From Octopus vulgaris (lineage: Eukaryota): a stretch of DNA of 64,000 nt. Location of the stretch: positions 159,526,001-159,590,000 of the forward strand of contig OX597816.1 in assembly GCA_951406725.2 (NCBI GenBank), in the 5' to 3' direction. A program made the position numbers and the translations under genes. Below the pieces are notes generated by a model. The model did no database searches and was not told the DNA's origin. It saw only the letters and a list, made by a program, of their open reading frames with translations. Below are positions 38,113 to 50,790 of this stretch, one piece after another (position 1 is the stretch's first letter; every line of letters starts with the position of its first letter).

Positions 38113-38585
38113 GACACTCTCGGAGTGGTTGGCATTGCGAAGGGCATCCAGCTGTAGAAACTCTGCTAGATCAGATTGGAGCCTGGTGCAGCCATCTGGT
38201 TCACCAGTCCTCAGTCAAATAGTCCAACCCATGCTAGCATGTAAAGCAGACGTTAAGCAATGATGAGGATGATGATGATTGACAGTGAGTTCGAAGTTTT
38301 GGTCAGCTTCGTAGTCATGGTAGTTGTCAGTGCCATATAAATGACACCTGTGAATCATAGTTATGGTCATTCACTGCTAGTGCCATGTAAATGGCACTCA
38401 TGCCAGTGACACATAAAATGCACCCATTACACTCTTGGGGTGTACCCATTACAGTCTTGTAGTCGTTGGAAGGGCATCCAGATGTAGAAACAATACCAAA
38501 TCAGACTGGAACCTAGTGCAGCTCTCTGGCTCATCAGCTCTAGTCAAACCATGTAACCCATGCCAACTTGGAGAGCAGATGTTAA
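38113..38585 (+). mobile_element. Two family C 3' ends
   Basis: GAAGGGCATCCAG.TGTAGAAAC appears twice. Confidence 0.75.
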
Positions 38586-38604
38586 CTGAATTTAATTACA
38601 TATC

Positions 38605-38682
38605 ACTGTTCTCCTCCGTGCAAGTATACAACAGGAATTATTATTATTCCTGTTGTATACTTCTTGCACTGAGGAGAACAGT
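38605..38682. other. Hairpin of about 34-bp stem with 7-nt loop (pre-miRNA-sized)
   Basis: ACTGTTCTCCTCCGTGCAAGTATACAACAGGAAT / ATTCCTGTTGTATACTTCTTGCACTGAGGAGAACAGT; one mismatch and a 3-nt bulge. Confidence 0.7.
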
Positions 38683-38961
38683 TATTTTACATGTTAATAT
38701 CATTGTTCGAAACGATCATATGCATGTATTAAATTTCTTTTAAATTTTAACATCTTCTCTTCTCCATTTTTTAACACACTTGTTGAGTTTCTATGGGATA
38801 TCTTTCCATAAATTCTCATAACACACTATATACATGTAATAGTTTCATATTCACAAAAATCTTATGCCAGTTAGTTACCAGTAAAATATGAAGAATCTTT
38901 GTTAGTAATCGCCCTTTGGAATCCTCCAAAGTAAAGAATGAAATATAATTCAACCTCTCCA

Positions 38962-39000
<39 letters not shown>

Positions 39001-39240
39001 TTAATGTTCGCTTTCCATGCTGGCATGAGTTGGATGGTTTGACTGGAGACTCGCCAGGCTCCAATCTGATCTGACAAGGTTTCTATAGCTGGATGCCTTC
39101 ATAACGCCAACCACTTTGAGAGTGTAGTGGGTGCTTTCTATATGCCACCAGCATGGGAACCAGTCAGGCGGCACTGGCATCGACCCACACTTGAATGGTG
39201 CTTATTATGTGGCACTGGCATCAGTCACAATTACAATTTC
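38962..39240 (-). mobile_element. Family C copy
   Basis: (CAT)n tail followed by the reverse consensus. Confidence 0.8.
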
Positions 39241-39953
39241 CATTTTGATTTCAATCTGGATTTGCTTTTGCTTTTGATTTTGATAAAATACCAGTATAGT
39301 ACTGGGATCAAAGGTATTGACTAACCCCTTTCCCTCAAAATTACTGGTCTTGTGCTTCAATCACAAATTAGTTTATGAACTTCATCTTATGAAATCTGTC
39401 CTTTCAGTTTTGGATTAATAAACTAGATTTTGCTACAAGACAATGTTTTTTTTCTGCAATCAAATAACAAAATAGTTTTCTTTTTTGTCTTTTTTCTTTT
39501 TTTATGGATTAACAAATGACTTTTAAACCTTTTAACTTCTTTCTTCACATGAATTAACAAATTAGCTTTTGACTCAAGACAAAGTCTACCTCAGCATATA
39601 TTAACAAACGAGTTACTAATCTTTTAATGTATTGCTGTTTATGGATTAACAAACTAGCTTCCAACACTAAATACAGTGATGGCTTATAGATTTTTAAATT
39701 TTGTGTGTGGTGTGGTGTGGTGTGGTGTGGTGTGTGTGTGTGTGTGTGTGTGTGTGCACGCGCGCGTGTGTGTGTGTGTGTGCGCGCGCGCGCGTGTGTG
39801 TGTGTGTGTGTGCATGTGTGTGCGTGTGCGTGTATGTGCACGTGTAATGCAGTGTTGTTGTTTAACCTCAGGTCATTTCTGAATTTTTTCTTTTTCTTAC
39901 TGTTTTACTTTGGGAAAGAAAGAGCTGTGTTGACTACTTTTTACTTTCTCCAG

Positions 39954-40056
39954 GAATGCAGGAGGAAATCATCCTCAAATCAGAGCACTGGCTCAGAACC
40001 TTACAACTGAATGACCCCCCCAGCCCACCACCACCACCACCACACCTCCACAAAAG
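39954..40056 (+). other. Candidate spliced exon
   Basis: Branch-like TTGAC plus the pyrimidine tract TACTTTTTACTTTCTCCAG|; open frame MQEEIILKSEHWLRTLQLNDPPSPPPPPPHLHK; weak donor AAG|GTACCT. Confidence 0.3.
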
Positions 40057-40155
40057 GTACCTAAAGATTATGTGGTGGTATTAAACTGGGTGACATATTA
40101 TGTCTAGAACTCAATAATGCAGAATGCAAAGAGAGGGAAACAAATATCACTAGGT

Positions 40156-40482
40156 ATCATCATCATCATCATCGCTTAACGTCCGCTTTCCATGCTGCGA
40201 TAGGTTGGATGGTTTGACTGAGGACTGGTAAACCAGGAGGCTGCACCAGGCTCCAATCTGATCCGGCAAGGTTTCTACAGCTGGATGCCCTTCCTAACGC
40301 CAACCACTCCGAGAGTGTAGTGAGTGCATTTTACATGCCACCAGCACGGGTGCCAATCAGGCGGCACTGGTATTGACCACACTTATATGATGCTTTTTAC
40401 AGGACACTGGCATGGGATCTAGTCAGGCGACACTTACATCGACCATGCTCGTATGGTGCTTTTTACATGCCACTGGCACAGG
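40156..40482 (-). mobile_element. Family C copy
   Basis: (CAT)n tail and CAGCTGGATGCCCTTCCTAACGCCAACCAC. Confidence 0.85.
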
Positions 40483-40969
40483 TATCTCATTCAATAATTG
40501 AATAAGTCTGATAATCAGCTGCCCTGGACTGGGACTCTACTCCATCAACCCTGAATGGACAAAACAGTGACCAGCATATCTTTTTATCAGCATACAAGAA
40601 TGCATTATCTAGTGTGGTGTTCCCTGTTTAAGAGGATGAGTATGTAAGTGAGGGAGTGATATGAAGAATATTTGGTTGTTATCTCTAACAGGTAAAGAAG
40701 TAGTATAGAAGCTGTTTCCTATGCCTACACCTGCCCTGCATATCAAGCATGCCCACTATTTTTTATCTTTTACTTGTTTCCGTCATTAGACTGTGGCCAT
40801 GCTGGGACAGTCTTGAAGGAATTTTAGTCAAATGAATTGATTCCAGGACTTATTTTCTTTTTCAGCCTGGTGCTTTATTTTGTTAGTCTCTTTTGCCAAA
40901 CTGTGAAGTTATGGGGACATGAACACATCAACACTGGTTGTCAAGCAGTTGTGGGGGACAAAAGGACAA

Positions 40970-41003
<34 letters not shown>

Positions 41004-41203
41004 TCATGGCAGGTTTCTTTCAGTTTCAATTTTAGGTTTCCTCAAACAGAGATAAACTGGGGCAAAATAACAACCCCCAAAATGATGAAAGCCAAAGCTA
41101 CCTTTGATGGCATTTGAACTCAGAACTTTAAGATAGATAGCTATGCACTACAATGTATTTGTTTGATGCTCTATCAAATTTGCTACCTACCATCATTGAT
41201 TAA

Positions 41204-41432
41204 CCTGTTAGCATTTAAACTGGCCATATCCAGCCCAATATATTCTACCTGTTGTACATTCAAACTGATCAGATCCAGCCTCTCACACTCACCCTACAAT
41301 GTCATTCTAAATATAAACAATCATATCATTAAAATCTCAAAGTTATGAGATAATTCATGATTAATTCAAAAGAATGTGAATAAATAAGCATTACATTTGA
41401 CAGAACACATTTGACAGAATAATCAGAAAGGG
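41204..41432 (-). mobile_element. TTAA-flanked piggyBac-type MITE (family E)
   Basis: TTAA|CCTGTTAGCATT ... AAAGGG|TTAA. Confidence 0.7.
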
Positions 41433-41438
41433 TTAAAT

Positions 41439-41712
41439 CAGTGGTTCCCAAAGGGGGCAGTATTGCCCCCTTGGGGTTGTGGAAGTTCCAAGGGAATGTT
41501 GAAGATAAGTGGGGTGATAATAGGATAGCAATTCATGTAAAAACAACAAAATAATGGGTTCATTAGGTTAAGTATTATTTGTGGAATACAGTTGCTTTGA
41601 ATTTGCCTCAGAAAAAGGTCTATGTTTGTGATGGTCAGTTGGGGGTGAGGTGCTAGGAATGTGACCTGGGTGTCAAGGGGGCAGCAGCCCAAAAACAGTT
41701 TGGGAACCACTG
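41439..41712. mobile_element. hAT-Charlie-type MITE
   Basis: TIRs CAGTGGTTCCCAAA / TTTGGGAACCACTG; 8-bp TSD GGTTAAAT/GATTAAAT with central TA. Confidence 0.9.
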
Positions 41713-42179
41713 GATTAAATCATTCCCAGTTCTTAGATGGTAAGTTATTTTATCAACCCCAGATGGTTGAAAGGCAAAGTTGACATTGGTGAGATTTGAA
41801 CTCAGAATGTTGACAACTGTAACTCAATATTGCAAGGTATTTTCTCAACTGTCCTATTGATTCTTCTGTCCACCACAATCATTTTAGTAAATACAATAAT
41901 GCTAAAAGTAGCTAATTAGTATATGTTACCAAGTTAAATATTAATGAAATACAATAGTATGACCTTGTAATGATGATCACCTATATGTTTATTGAACAGC
42001 TTGTTCAGATATAATAAATGGGACAAACACACATATACATACACATAGGCCCATTTACATAAATACACATCTACTAAGTCACATAAAGAGATATACACAC
42101 CGTCCAACAAAGGAGTCTCTATATGGTCATCCAACATGCTAGAGATAGCAGCCAAAAGGAAACATATTAGATAATGAGC

Positions 42180-42348
42180 ACTAACGCAGCTAGAGGGGAG
42201 GCAGAGAGGGCGGCCTGCTCTGGGTGGCACTTTTATGGGGGCGGCACCACTTTTGAGTTTGCTGTAGGCAATATGTATTTTTTGTGTGGGCCTGGGAGCA
42301 GTAAACTGAAGTGCTGCCCCGGGTGGCACACACTCTAGCTCTGCTAGA
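42180..42348. mobile_element. Decayed GC-rich hAT-like MITE
   Basis: GCAGCTAG...GCCCCGGGTGGCAC...CTAGCTCTGC; inverted ends are degenerate. Confidence 0.4.
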
Positions 42349-42655
42349 GATAATGTTGTCTTGGGCAGTTGGTGAATGGGTCATCTTCTGGTTTTACTTT
42401 TTGTGTTTAAGTGTTTCAAATTTATCTGATGATGGTGCGGTTTTGCTATGATGTAATCTAAGAATGTATCAATAAAATGCTACTGAAACAGCTGTAATAA
42501 ATTTTAAACCCCCACCTGTATTCTTCTTTTATGCATATGCCACACCTGAAACCAACCCTGAGTTGAAACCACAGTTTATATGTGACTTGGTACCTATGTG
42601 TATGTTTGTATATATGTGTGTGTATGTGCACATATGTGCATGCACGTATGTGTAT

Positions 42656-42699
<44 letters not shown>

Positions 42700-42819
42700 A
42701 TGTGTGTGTGCATGTGTGTGCACACGTGCATACATATATATTTATATGCATTTAAGTATGTACATATGTACATGAATATTTACTTACAATATGTATGCAT
42801 GTATTTATGCATGAATATA

Positions 42820-43943
42820 TTGGGTCATCCCATAAACAATACAGTTTTCTCAATTGCATGAACTAAAAGCCAAAGGAGGATGGGATAAACTACCTGCATC
42901 AACTTGCTATAAAAGCTGGTAGTAATTTTACCTTGTATTTATTCTTAGTGCAAGTTTTGAAGAGTGCAGTTTGATTTTAACAGTTATTTTTCCAAAGCTA
43001 TAATGGAAGTGACAAATGAGGATATTTGGTATATTTTGCTTTATGAGTTTAATAAAGGCAAAATTGCAACAGAAAGTGTGGGGAATATTAATGCAGTATA
43101 TGGGGATCAGACAACAAGCATAAGCCAGTGTCAACGGTGGTTCCAGAAATTCCAAGCCGGGAGGAGCCTCATTCTGGAAGATCTATAGAGCTTGACAAGG
43201 ACATCTTGCAAACCCTTGTGGAACAAAATCTCATCGTAACTGTTGAGGAACTAAAAGAGAAGCTTGGATTTGGTCAGTCAACCATTCATTGACATTTGTG
43301 TGCCATTAGAAAAGTCAGCAAATTGAGTCAATGGGTGAGTGTGTACTCTTCTTTGCTGTCACATCTCAAGAATGAACCTTTTTTGGACCAAATAGTAACT
43401 AGTGACAAAAAATGGGTTCTCTATAAAAATGTCAAGTGCTGAAGACAGTAGGTAGGCAAAGGAGAAACACTGGCACCCCAGGCTAAAGAAAATCTATCTT
43501 CAACCACGTAAGGGATTGTTATCTGTTTGGTGGGATATGAAGGATTTAGTCCACTTTGAACTTTTAAATCCAAACCAAACAATGATAAAAGGAGATCTAC
43601 TGTAAGCAGCTTGAGTGGCTTAAGACAGCGCTTGAAGAAAAATGACCATCTTTGGTTTCAAGGTGTTCTTCCATCAGGATAATGCTCAGCCACATACAGC
43701 AAGTATGGTATTCCAAAGGCTGGAGCAGTTTGAATGGGAAATGATGCCCCATCCACCACATTTCTCAGACATTGCCCCATCTGATTCTCATTTATTCTGT
43801 AGTCTTCAAAATCATTTGGACAGAAAAAGTAAGAATTCTGTAGACGAGGTCAGAACAGTATTGGAAGAGTATTTTTTGTCATGGACAAGTGAATTTTGAA
43901 AGAGGGACCTTGCAAGTCTACCAGGTAGATGGAAGAGCATCAA
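42820..43943 (+). pseudogene. Mariner (D,D34D) transposon with disrupted transposase; left TIR only
   Basis: TA|TTGGGTCATCCCATAA left end; ATG at 43003 with MEVTNEDIWYILLYEFNKG..RWFQKF HTH; IVTSDKKWVLY; LSVWWD; HQDNAQPH...DIAPSDSHLF with 34 residues between the two aspartates. Multiple stops and frameshifts. Confidence 0.95.
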
Positions 43944-44334
43944 ACCACACAGTATATATATATATATATATATGTATTTATGAATGTACACATGTTTGTA
44001 TATACATGTATATTTATTCACTTTTAAACACAAGATGTCAAAAACAAAATGTTTACATCTAATCATACACACTTGCACACATACACATACCCACATATGT
44101 ATACTACACACATTCACAGATATTTCCACACACACACACACACACACACACGTGTATGTATATAACAGACATATAATAATGCTTATATACATACATGCAG
44201 ACTTTGCAACCACAAAGGAGATGATCAGAGCAGCTGTGACAAAGTAAGTCAACGACAAGAAACTCACAGTAGCTTGCCAGCCATTGATCTTGTATCTGAT
44301 TGAAATTCATTGACAATATGTGTGCTGCCATCCC

Positions 44335-44913
44335 TGTTGCTATTGTTGTTGTTATTGTAAAGGTGGTAGTTTGTGATGGTTGTGGTGGTGGTGGTGGTAG
44401 TGACAATGTTGATAGTAGTGGTGGTGGTGATGGCAGTAATGATGGTGGCGGCAACAGCACCAACATTAGTGATAATACCAATATAGATGAAGCTAGTTAC
44501 TTTGAACCGGGAGAGGAAGAAGCGCACGCAAGATGATGACAACATTATTTCAATGTCTTTGTCATTTAGTTCTTGTTGTTATTTGTGTGATGGTTTTTTT
44601 TCTTTTATTTATTTGTATTGATAACTATTGATGTGTTTTTATTCTGCTTTTTTTTTTTGCTTTCTTTTGTTTCACCTTTCAGTTTTTTCAATCTTTTTTT
44701 TTTTTTAAAGAATGGAAAGGAATTTCCTCTTATTTTTTTAGAAATTAATTTGTTCTATTTCGTGTTTTCCTTCTTATTCTTTTCCCAAGTCTTCTTACAG
44801 TTGCAATCAAACAGGATGTCATAGAATGTAAGGAATCCCTTTGTGTCATCATCATCAACACAGCTGCTGCTGCTGTTGCCTCCACCACCATCACCACCTC
44901 CACCACCACCACC

Positions 44914-44954
<41 letters not shown>

Positions 44955-47450
44955 CCACCACCACCACCATGAACAAGAACATCATGCTCACTGTCATCCT
45001 CCTTCATTGTTGCCATCGTCCTTAAAATTACCATCAACAGCATCATCATCACAATGATCATAATCATTGATACCACCATTGCCACTACTCTTGCCCCACC
45101 AGCCTTGCTGCAACCATTGCCTCCAACCATTGCCACCACTCGCCACCACCATTGCCACCACCACTGCCACCACAATTGCCACCACCATAGCTACCACCAT
45201 TGCCCCCACAATCGCCACCACTCGCCACCACCATTGCCACCACCATAGCTACCACCATTGCCACCACTATAGCTACCACCATCGCCACCACCACTCACCA
45301 CCACCATCGCTACCATCATTGCTGCCACCATCACCACCATTGCTACCACCCTCGCTGCCACCATTGCCACCACCATAGCCACCGCCATCACTACCACTGT
45401 CATCACCTTCATTACCACCATTGCCACCACCATCACCATCACCATCGCCACCACCACTCACCACCACCATCGCTACCATCATTGCTGCCACCATCACCAC
45501 CATTGCCACTAACATTGCCACCACCATCGCCACCACCATAGCCACTGCCACACCACCACTGTCATCACCTTCATTACCACCATTACCACCACCATCACCA
45601 CCACCATCGCCACCACTGCTTCCACCATCATTGCCACCACCATCATCATCACTCTCAGTTGTTATTGTTTGCTGATGTCAACAGCAGCAGTGACTGCATA
45701 TGTTTGTCAAGATCAGTCAGCCTCCTCCTTCCTCTACTTTTTCCTCATCATCATTGTCATCATTGCCATCATTGTCATCATCATCATCATCATCATCATC
45801 GTCATCATCAGCAATATAATCATCATAGTTGTTATCAGCGTCATTGGCGACATCATTATTGCTGACATTAAAATCAGGGAATCAGATTTTCGAAAACGAA
45901 ATGATGATAATGATGATGATGAAGACGATGATGATGACGACAATGACGATGATGACAACGATGACGACGACGATGATGATGAGGAACTTGATTATCGTTG
46001 TCACTGACGTCGTCATCATCGCCAGACATCGTCATCATCCTCAGTGCCATTGTTGTCTCTTGCATTGTCGTCATCAAGTTGTTTTTGATGATTTTTTTTA
46101 TGTCAGCTCCTTTGCCATCTACATCACCATCATTATCCTCTTCTTCCACATCCTCCTTATTTCTCTCTTCCTCCTCCTACCCCCTCCTCCTTATCATCTT
46201 CATCGTCATCTTCGTCATCATTTCCACACGGTGATAAAGATTGAAAAAAAAGAAAAAACGCATCAAACCAAATAAGAATTTGAGAAAAAAGGTGACATGG
46301 GATGCACATGTGAAATCGTAAATAAATAAATAAATGCATACTCTCTTTTTACTCTTTTTACTTGTTTCAGTCATCTGACTGCGGCCATGCTGGAGCACCA
46401 CCTTTTAGTACTTATTCTATCGGTCTCTTTTTGCCGAACCGCTAAGTGACGGGGACGTAAACACACCAGCATCGGTTGTCAAGCAATGCTAGGGGGACAA
46501 ACACAGACACACAAACACACACACATATACATATATATACATATATACGACAGGCTTCTTTCAGTTTCCGTCTACAAAATCCACTCACAAGGCATTGGTC
46601 GGCCCGGGGCTATAGCAGAAGATGTCACGCAGTGGGACTGAACCCGCAACCGTGTGGTTGGTTAGCAAGCTACTTACCACACAGCCACTCCTGCGCCTAT
46701 ATATATACATATATATATACACACATATATACGACAGGCTTCTCTCAGTTTCCGTCTACCAAATCCACTCACAAGGCATTGGTTGGCCTGGGGCTATAGC
46801 AGAAGACACTTGCCCAAGATGCCACGCAGTGGGACTGAACCCAGAACCATGCGGTTGGTTAGCAAGCTACTTACCACACGGCCACTCCTGCGCCTAAATA
46901 AATAAATAAATTTTTTATGAGCTCAGAAGACATGATGTAATTTCGCTACCAGATATTGGTCAGCCTGACCAGTGGAATAGGATGGACCAAGAGCATCCTC
47001 CATATCCTCCTGCTTCTTCTTCTTCTTCTTTACTTCCTCTTCCTCCTTATCACCATCATCATCGTCATCATTTTCAGTAGCAGCAGCACTACCACCACCA
47101 CCACCACCACAATAATCATCATCCTCATTGTCATCATCATCTTCATGAACTTTGTCATCGTTATTGCCGTCATCGCTACCATCATTATCATCGTTGTCGT
47201 TGTCATCATCATTAGCATTGCTGTCGTTGTTGTTATCAACAGGATCATCATCATCATCATCATCATCACTGTCGCTATTGTCACCGTCATCACCATTATC
47301 ATTGTCATCATCATCATCATCATCATCATCACCATCACCATCACCATCATCATTACTGTCATCATCATTGTCATCATCATCATAACAGTTCTCATCTACA
47401 CAACCACCACCACCACCATTATCCCCATGACCTCCACCACTCCTGAAAAC
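44335..47450. repeat. Extended trinucleotide low-complexity field (CAT/CCA/GAT), interrupted by SINEs
   Basis: Degenerate (CCA)n array at about 45070-45650 with internal duplications; (CAT)n blocks. Confidence 0.9.
46341..46895 (-). mobile_element. Young SINE A with tandemly duplicated 5' half
   Basis: The segment ATACGACAGGCTTCT...CACTCCTGCGCCTA occurs twice (about 46545-46699 and 46730-46896); CpGs retained. Confidence 0.9.
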
Positions 47451-47639
47451 TAATAGTCTTTATCCAGGTTAGAAATCATTGGTTAATTATTCATGAAAGG
47501 TAGGAGAGTAGCAGAGATAGTAAAACACTAAACAATATTTACTTTTACTCCTCCATATTCCGAGTTCAAATCATGCCAGAACTGACTTCGCCTTTTGTCC
47601 CTTTAGGGTCAGCAATATAAGTATTAGGGATCTTTTACC

Positions 47640-48018
47640 TTTTATTTTGTTTCAGTCATTAGAAAATGGCCATGCTAGGGCAGTCTTGGAGAAATTTTAG
47701 CTGAATGAATTAACTGTTCAGTACTTATTTTTTTAAAGCCAAGTACATATTCTATCTGTCTCTTTTGCAGAGCCACTAAGTTACAGGGATGTAAACACCG
47801 GTTGTCAAGCATTGGTTGGGTACAGGCACATATACAAAGAAACACATGCACGTGAAAAAACATTTGACACAATTGTCTTTTTTTCCAGTTTCTGTGTGCC
47901 AAATTCAGTCACAAGACTATGATCAACCTGAGGCTATAATAGAAGATACTTACTCAATGGGGACTGAACCTGAAACCATGTAGCTGGAAAGCAAGTTTCT
48001 TACTACTTAGCTACATCT
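47640..48018 (-). mobile_element. Old SINE A
   Basis: Diverged reverse consensus. Confidence 0.7.
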
Positions 48019-48446
48019 GTAGACAAGTATTGAAGTTGAAGTTTGAGTCAGCCTAATATATTAGCTGTTTTTGGTTTTGTCACAGTTTAACTTCAGGTCA
48101 GACTTGTACGCTTCCTGTTTTTACCTTTTAATTACAAAATTAAACTTCATGGTTACTCCACTAATGATGCTAAATATCTACCAAAAACAAGAATGAGTAT
48201 TTTCTGCAAGTTGTGTTGCCTCAACAAACTCAATGTATCTTGACAAAAATTAGTTTTAAACCTGACATACCTCAACAAAACATGGATTGGTTTTTAAAAC
48301 TGGGTACTTTCTGGTTATCTAACCCCCATTAAAACATTAGGTTATCTCCCCCAACTAATAAAATGTTTCACCCTCAATAAAACAAAAAGAAAAAATGAAA
48401 AAATGAATAAACATGAAAAGCAAAAAGATTAAACATCTTATTGAAT

Positions 48447-48834
48447 CTCTCTTTTACTCTCTTTTACTTGTCAATTGATTGAGGCCATGGTGGAGCGCCG
48501 CCTTTAGTTGAGCAAATCGACCCCAGGACTTATTCTTTGGAAGCCTAGTGCTTATTCTATCGGTTTCTTTTGCCGAACCGCTAAGTTATGGGGACGTAAA
48601 CACACTACCATTGGTTGTCAAGCGATGTGGGGGGGGGGGGGCAAACACAGACACACAAACATATACACACATACATATATAAGACGGGCTTCTTTCAGTT
48701 TCTGTCTACCAAATCCACTCACAAGGCTTTGGTCGGCTATAGTAGAAGACACTTGCCCAAGGTGCCATGCAGTGGGAATGAACCCAGAACCATGTGGTTG
48801 GTGAGCAAGCTACACACAGCCACTCCTGTGCCTA
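48447..48834 (-). mobile_element. SINE family A, full length
   Basis: Reverse consensus, including the CTTTTACT tail repeats. Confidence 0.9.
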
Positions 48835-49447
48835 CATTTTTATAACAAATCATACCATGCCGATTGAGGAGACCAAACGTCAACAATGTTTTGAAGTATT
48901 GGATCTGGTGGAATTTGAACTCAGAATGTTAAGCTGGAAGAAATGCCGCAAAGCTGTGCTAAAGGTGTGCTAATGATTCAGCCGGCAACCTCCTTACTGA
49001 CTTGTATAACAACAGGAGAAGTGATTATTTGGTTATTATACAGCTCTTGGCGAATTAGCTACTCTTAAATACTTGACTACTTACTTGCAGAGGCCTTCAC
49101 ACAGTTGTTTGACCTGTTAGAATTGGCAGCTAAATATCCTTCTAGCTATTTTTTATCATCTAAAATAGAGATTGCAGTGGAGCACAAATACTTTTTTAAA
49201 TCTCATTGCAATAACAGCAACAACAACAACAATGACAATAATAATGGTTTCAGATTTTGAAGTGAGAGGTTAGTCAATTACATGGGCCCCATAAGTTGAC
49301 TCATACTTTATTTCATTATCCCTTAATAGATGAAAGGCTGTTTTTGAACTCAGAATGTCAAGAGCTGGAAGAAATAATTTTAAGTACTTTGCCCGATGCA
49401 CCAATGTTTTAACCAGCTTGCTGCCTAATTATTATTATTATTATTAA

Positions 49448-49486
<39 letters not shown>

Positions 49487-49770
49487 TATCGTTTAATGTG
49501 CACTTTCCATGCTGGCATGAGTTGGACGATTTGACTGAGGACTGGCAAACCTGATGGCTGCACCAGGCCCCAATCTGATCTGGCAGAGTTTTTCACGTGC
49601 CACCGACACAAGTGCCAGTAAGGCAATGCTGGTAACAATCCTGCTCGAATGGTGCTCTTAGCACTCCACTAGCACGGATGCCAGTCATGTAGTGCTGTCA
49701 TCGAATTTGATTTCGATTTCGATTTCGATTTCACTTGCCTCAACAGGTCTTCGCAAGCAGAGTTTAGTGT
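49448..49770 (-). mobile_element. Family C copy (internally deleted)
   Basis: (CAT)n tail; homologous to 12545-13032. Confidence 0.8.
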
Positions 49771-49773
49771 CCA

Positions 49774-49902
49774 ATGAAGGAAAGGTACGCATATGAAGGA
49801 AAGGTACGCATATCAAGGAAGGGTATGCATATGAAGGAAAGGTACACATATGAAGGAAAGGTACGCATATGAAGGAAAGGTATGCATGAAGAAAAGGTAC
49901 AC

Positions 49903-49904
<2 letters not shown>
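49774..49904 (+). repeat. 19-bp minisatellite ATGAAGGAAAGGTACGCAT x7
   Basis: Seven head-to-tail units, one shortened; no spacers. Confidence 0.95.
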
Positions 49905-49962
<58 letters not shown>

Positions 49963-49964
49963 TT

Positions 49965-50134
49965 AATAAAAAAAAATTTTTTTAAATAAAAAAAATGAAC
50001 GAACTATTGAGTTTGGTTTAATGGCCTACCAATGTATACTATGAGTTTCTTTGCCCTAGGAGTCGGGAAGACACTCGGCAAGAAATGGAAGCAAATTTGA
50101 AAGAAGAAAAAAAAAAAATAATAATAATAATAAT
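49965..50134 (+). mobile_element. R4/Dong 3'UTR-only insertion within (AAT)n
   Basis: TTTAATGGCCTACCAATGTATAC...GCAAGAAATGGAA matches 62064-62140 downstream of the Dong ORF; poly-A then (AAT)n, with (AAT)n also upstream. Confidence 0.7.
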
Positions 50135-50790
50135 CCTTTCTACAATAGGTACAAGGTCTGAAATCTGCAGGAAGCAGGATTGTTAATTGCTTTGACCCCA
50201 GAGCTCAACAGGTACTTATTTCTTTGACCCCGCCAGAAGGATGAAAGGCAAAGCCAACTTATACAGCATTTGAACTAGGAATGTAAAGATGAATAAAATG
50301 TCACTAAGCATTTTGTCTGATGTGCTAATGTTTCTTATTTCTTTATTGCCCACAAGGGGCTACACACAGAGGGGACAAACAAGGACAGATAAAGGGATTA
50401 AGTCGATTATATCGACTCCAGTGCGTAACTGGTACTTATTTAATCAACTCTGAAAGGATGAAAGGCAAAGTCGGCCTCGGCGGAATTTGAACTCAGAACG
50501 TAGTGGCAGATGAAATACCGCTAAGCATTTCGCCCAGCGTGCTAACATTTCTGCCAGCTCACTTCCTAATTAATAATCCTTTCTATGGTTAGTACAAGGC
50601 CTGAAATTTTGGGAAAGGGGTCTAGTTGATAACATCAACCCTAGTGCTCCACTGGTACTATTTCATTGACTCCTAAAGGATGAAAGGCGAAGATGATTTC
50701 GGCAGAATTTGAACTCTGGATGTAAAAATGGAACAAAATTCTGCTAAGCATTTTGTCCAGCGTGTTAACAGGTCTGCCAGTTCACCACCA
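50135..50790 (-). mobile_element. Three tandem SINE B copies (middle one with variant AATAAA tail)
   Basis: Reverse B consensus three times; 50335-50562 is nearly intact. Confidence 0.88.

Noticed and set aside
44843-47453. Poly-His/Pro/Thr/Ile ORFs
   Set aside because: Trinucleotide repeat field open in many frames on both strands; no domain signal.
49774-49904. CRISPR-like repeat array
   Set aside because: Units are contiguous with no unique spacers, there are no cas genes, and the context is eukaryotic.
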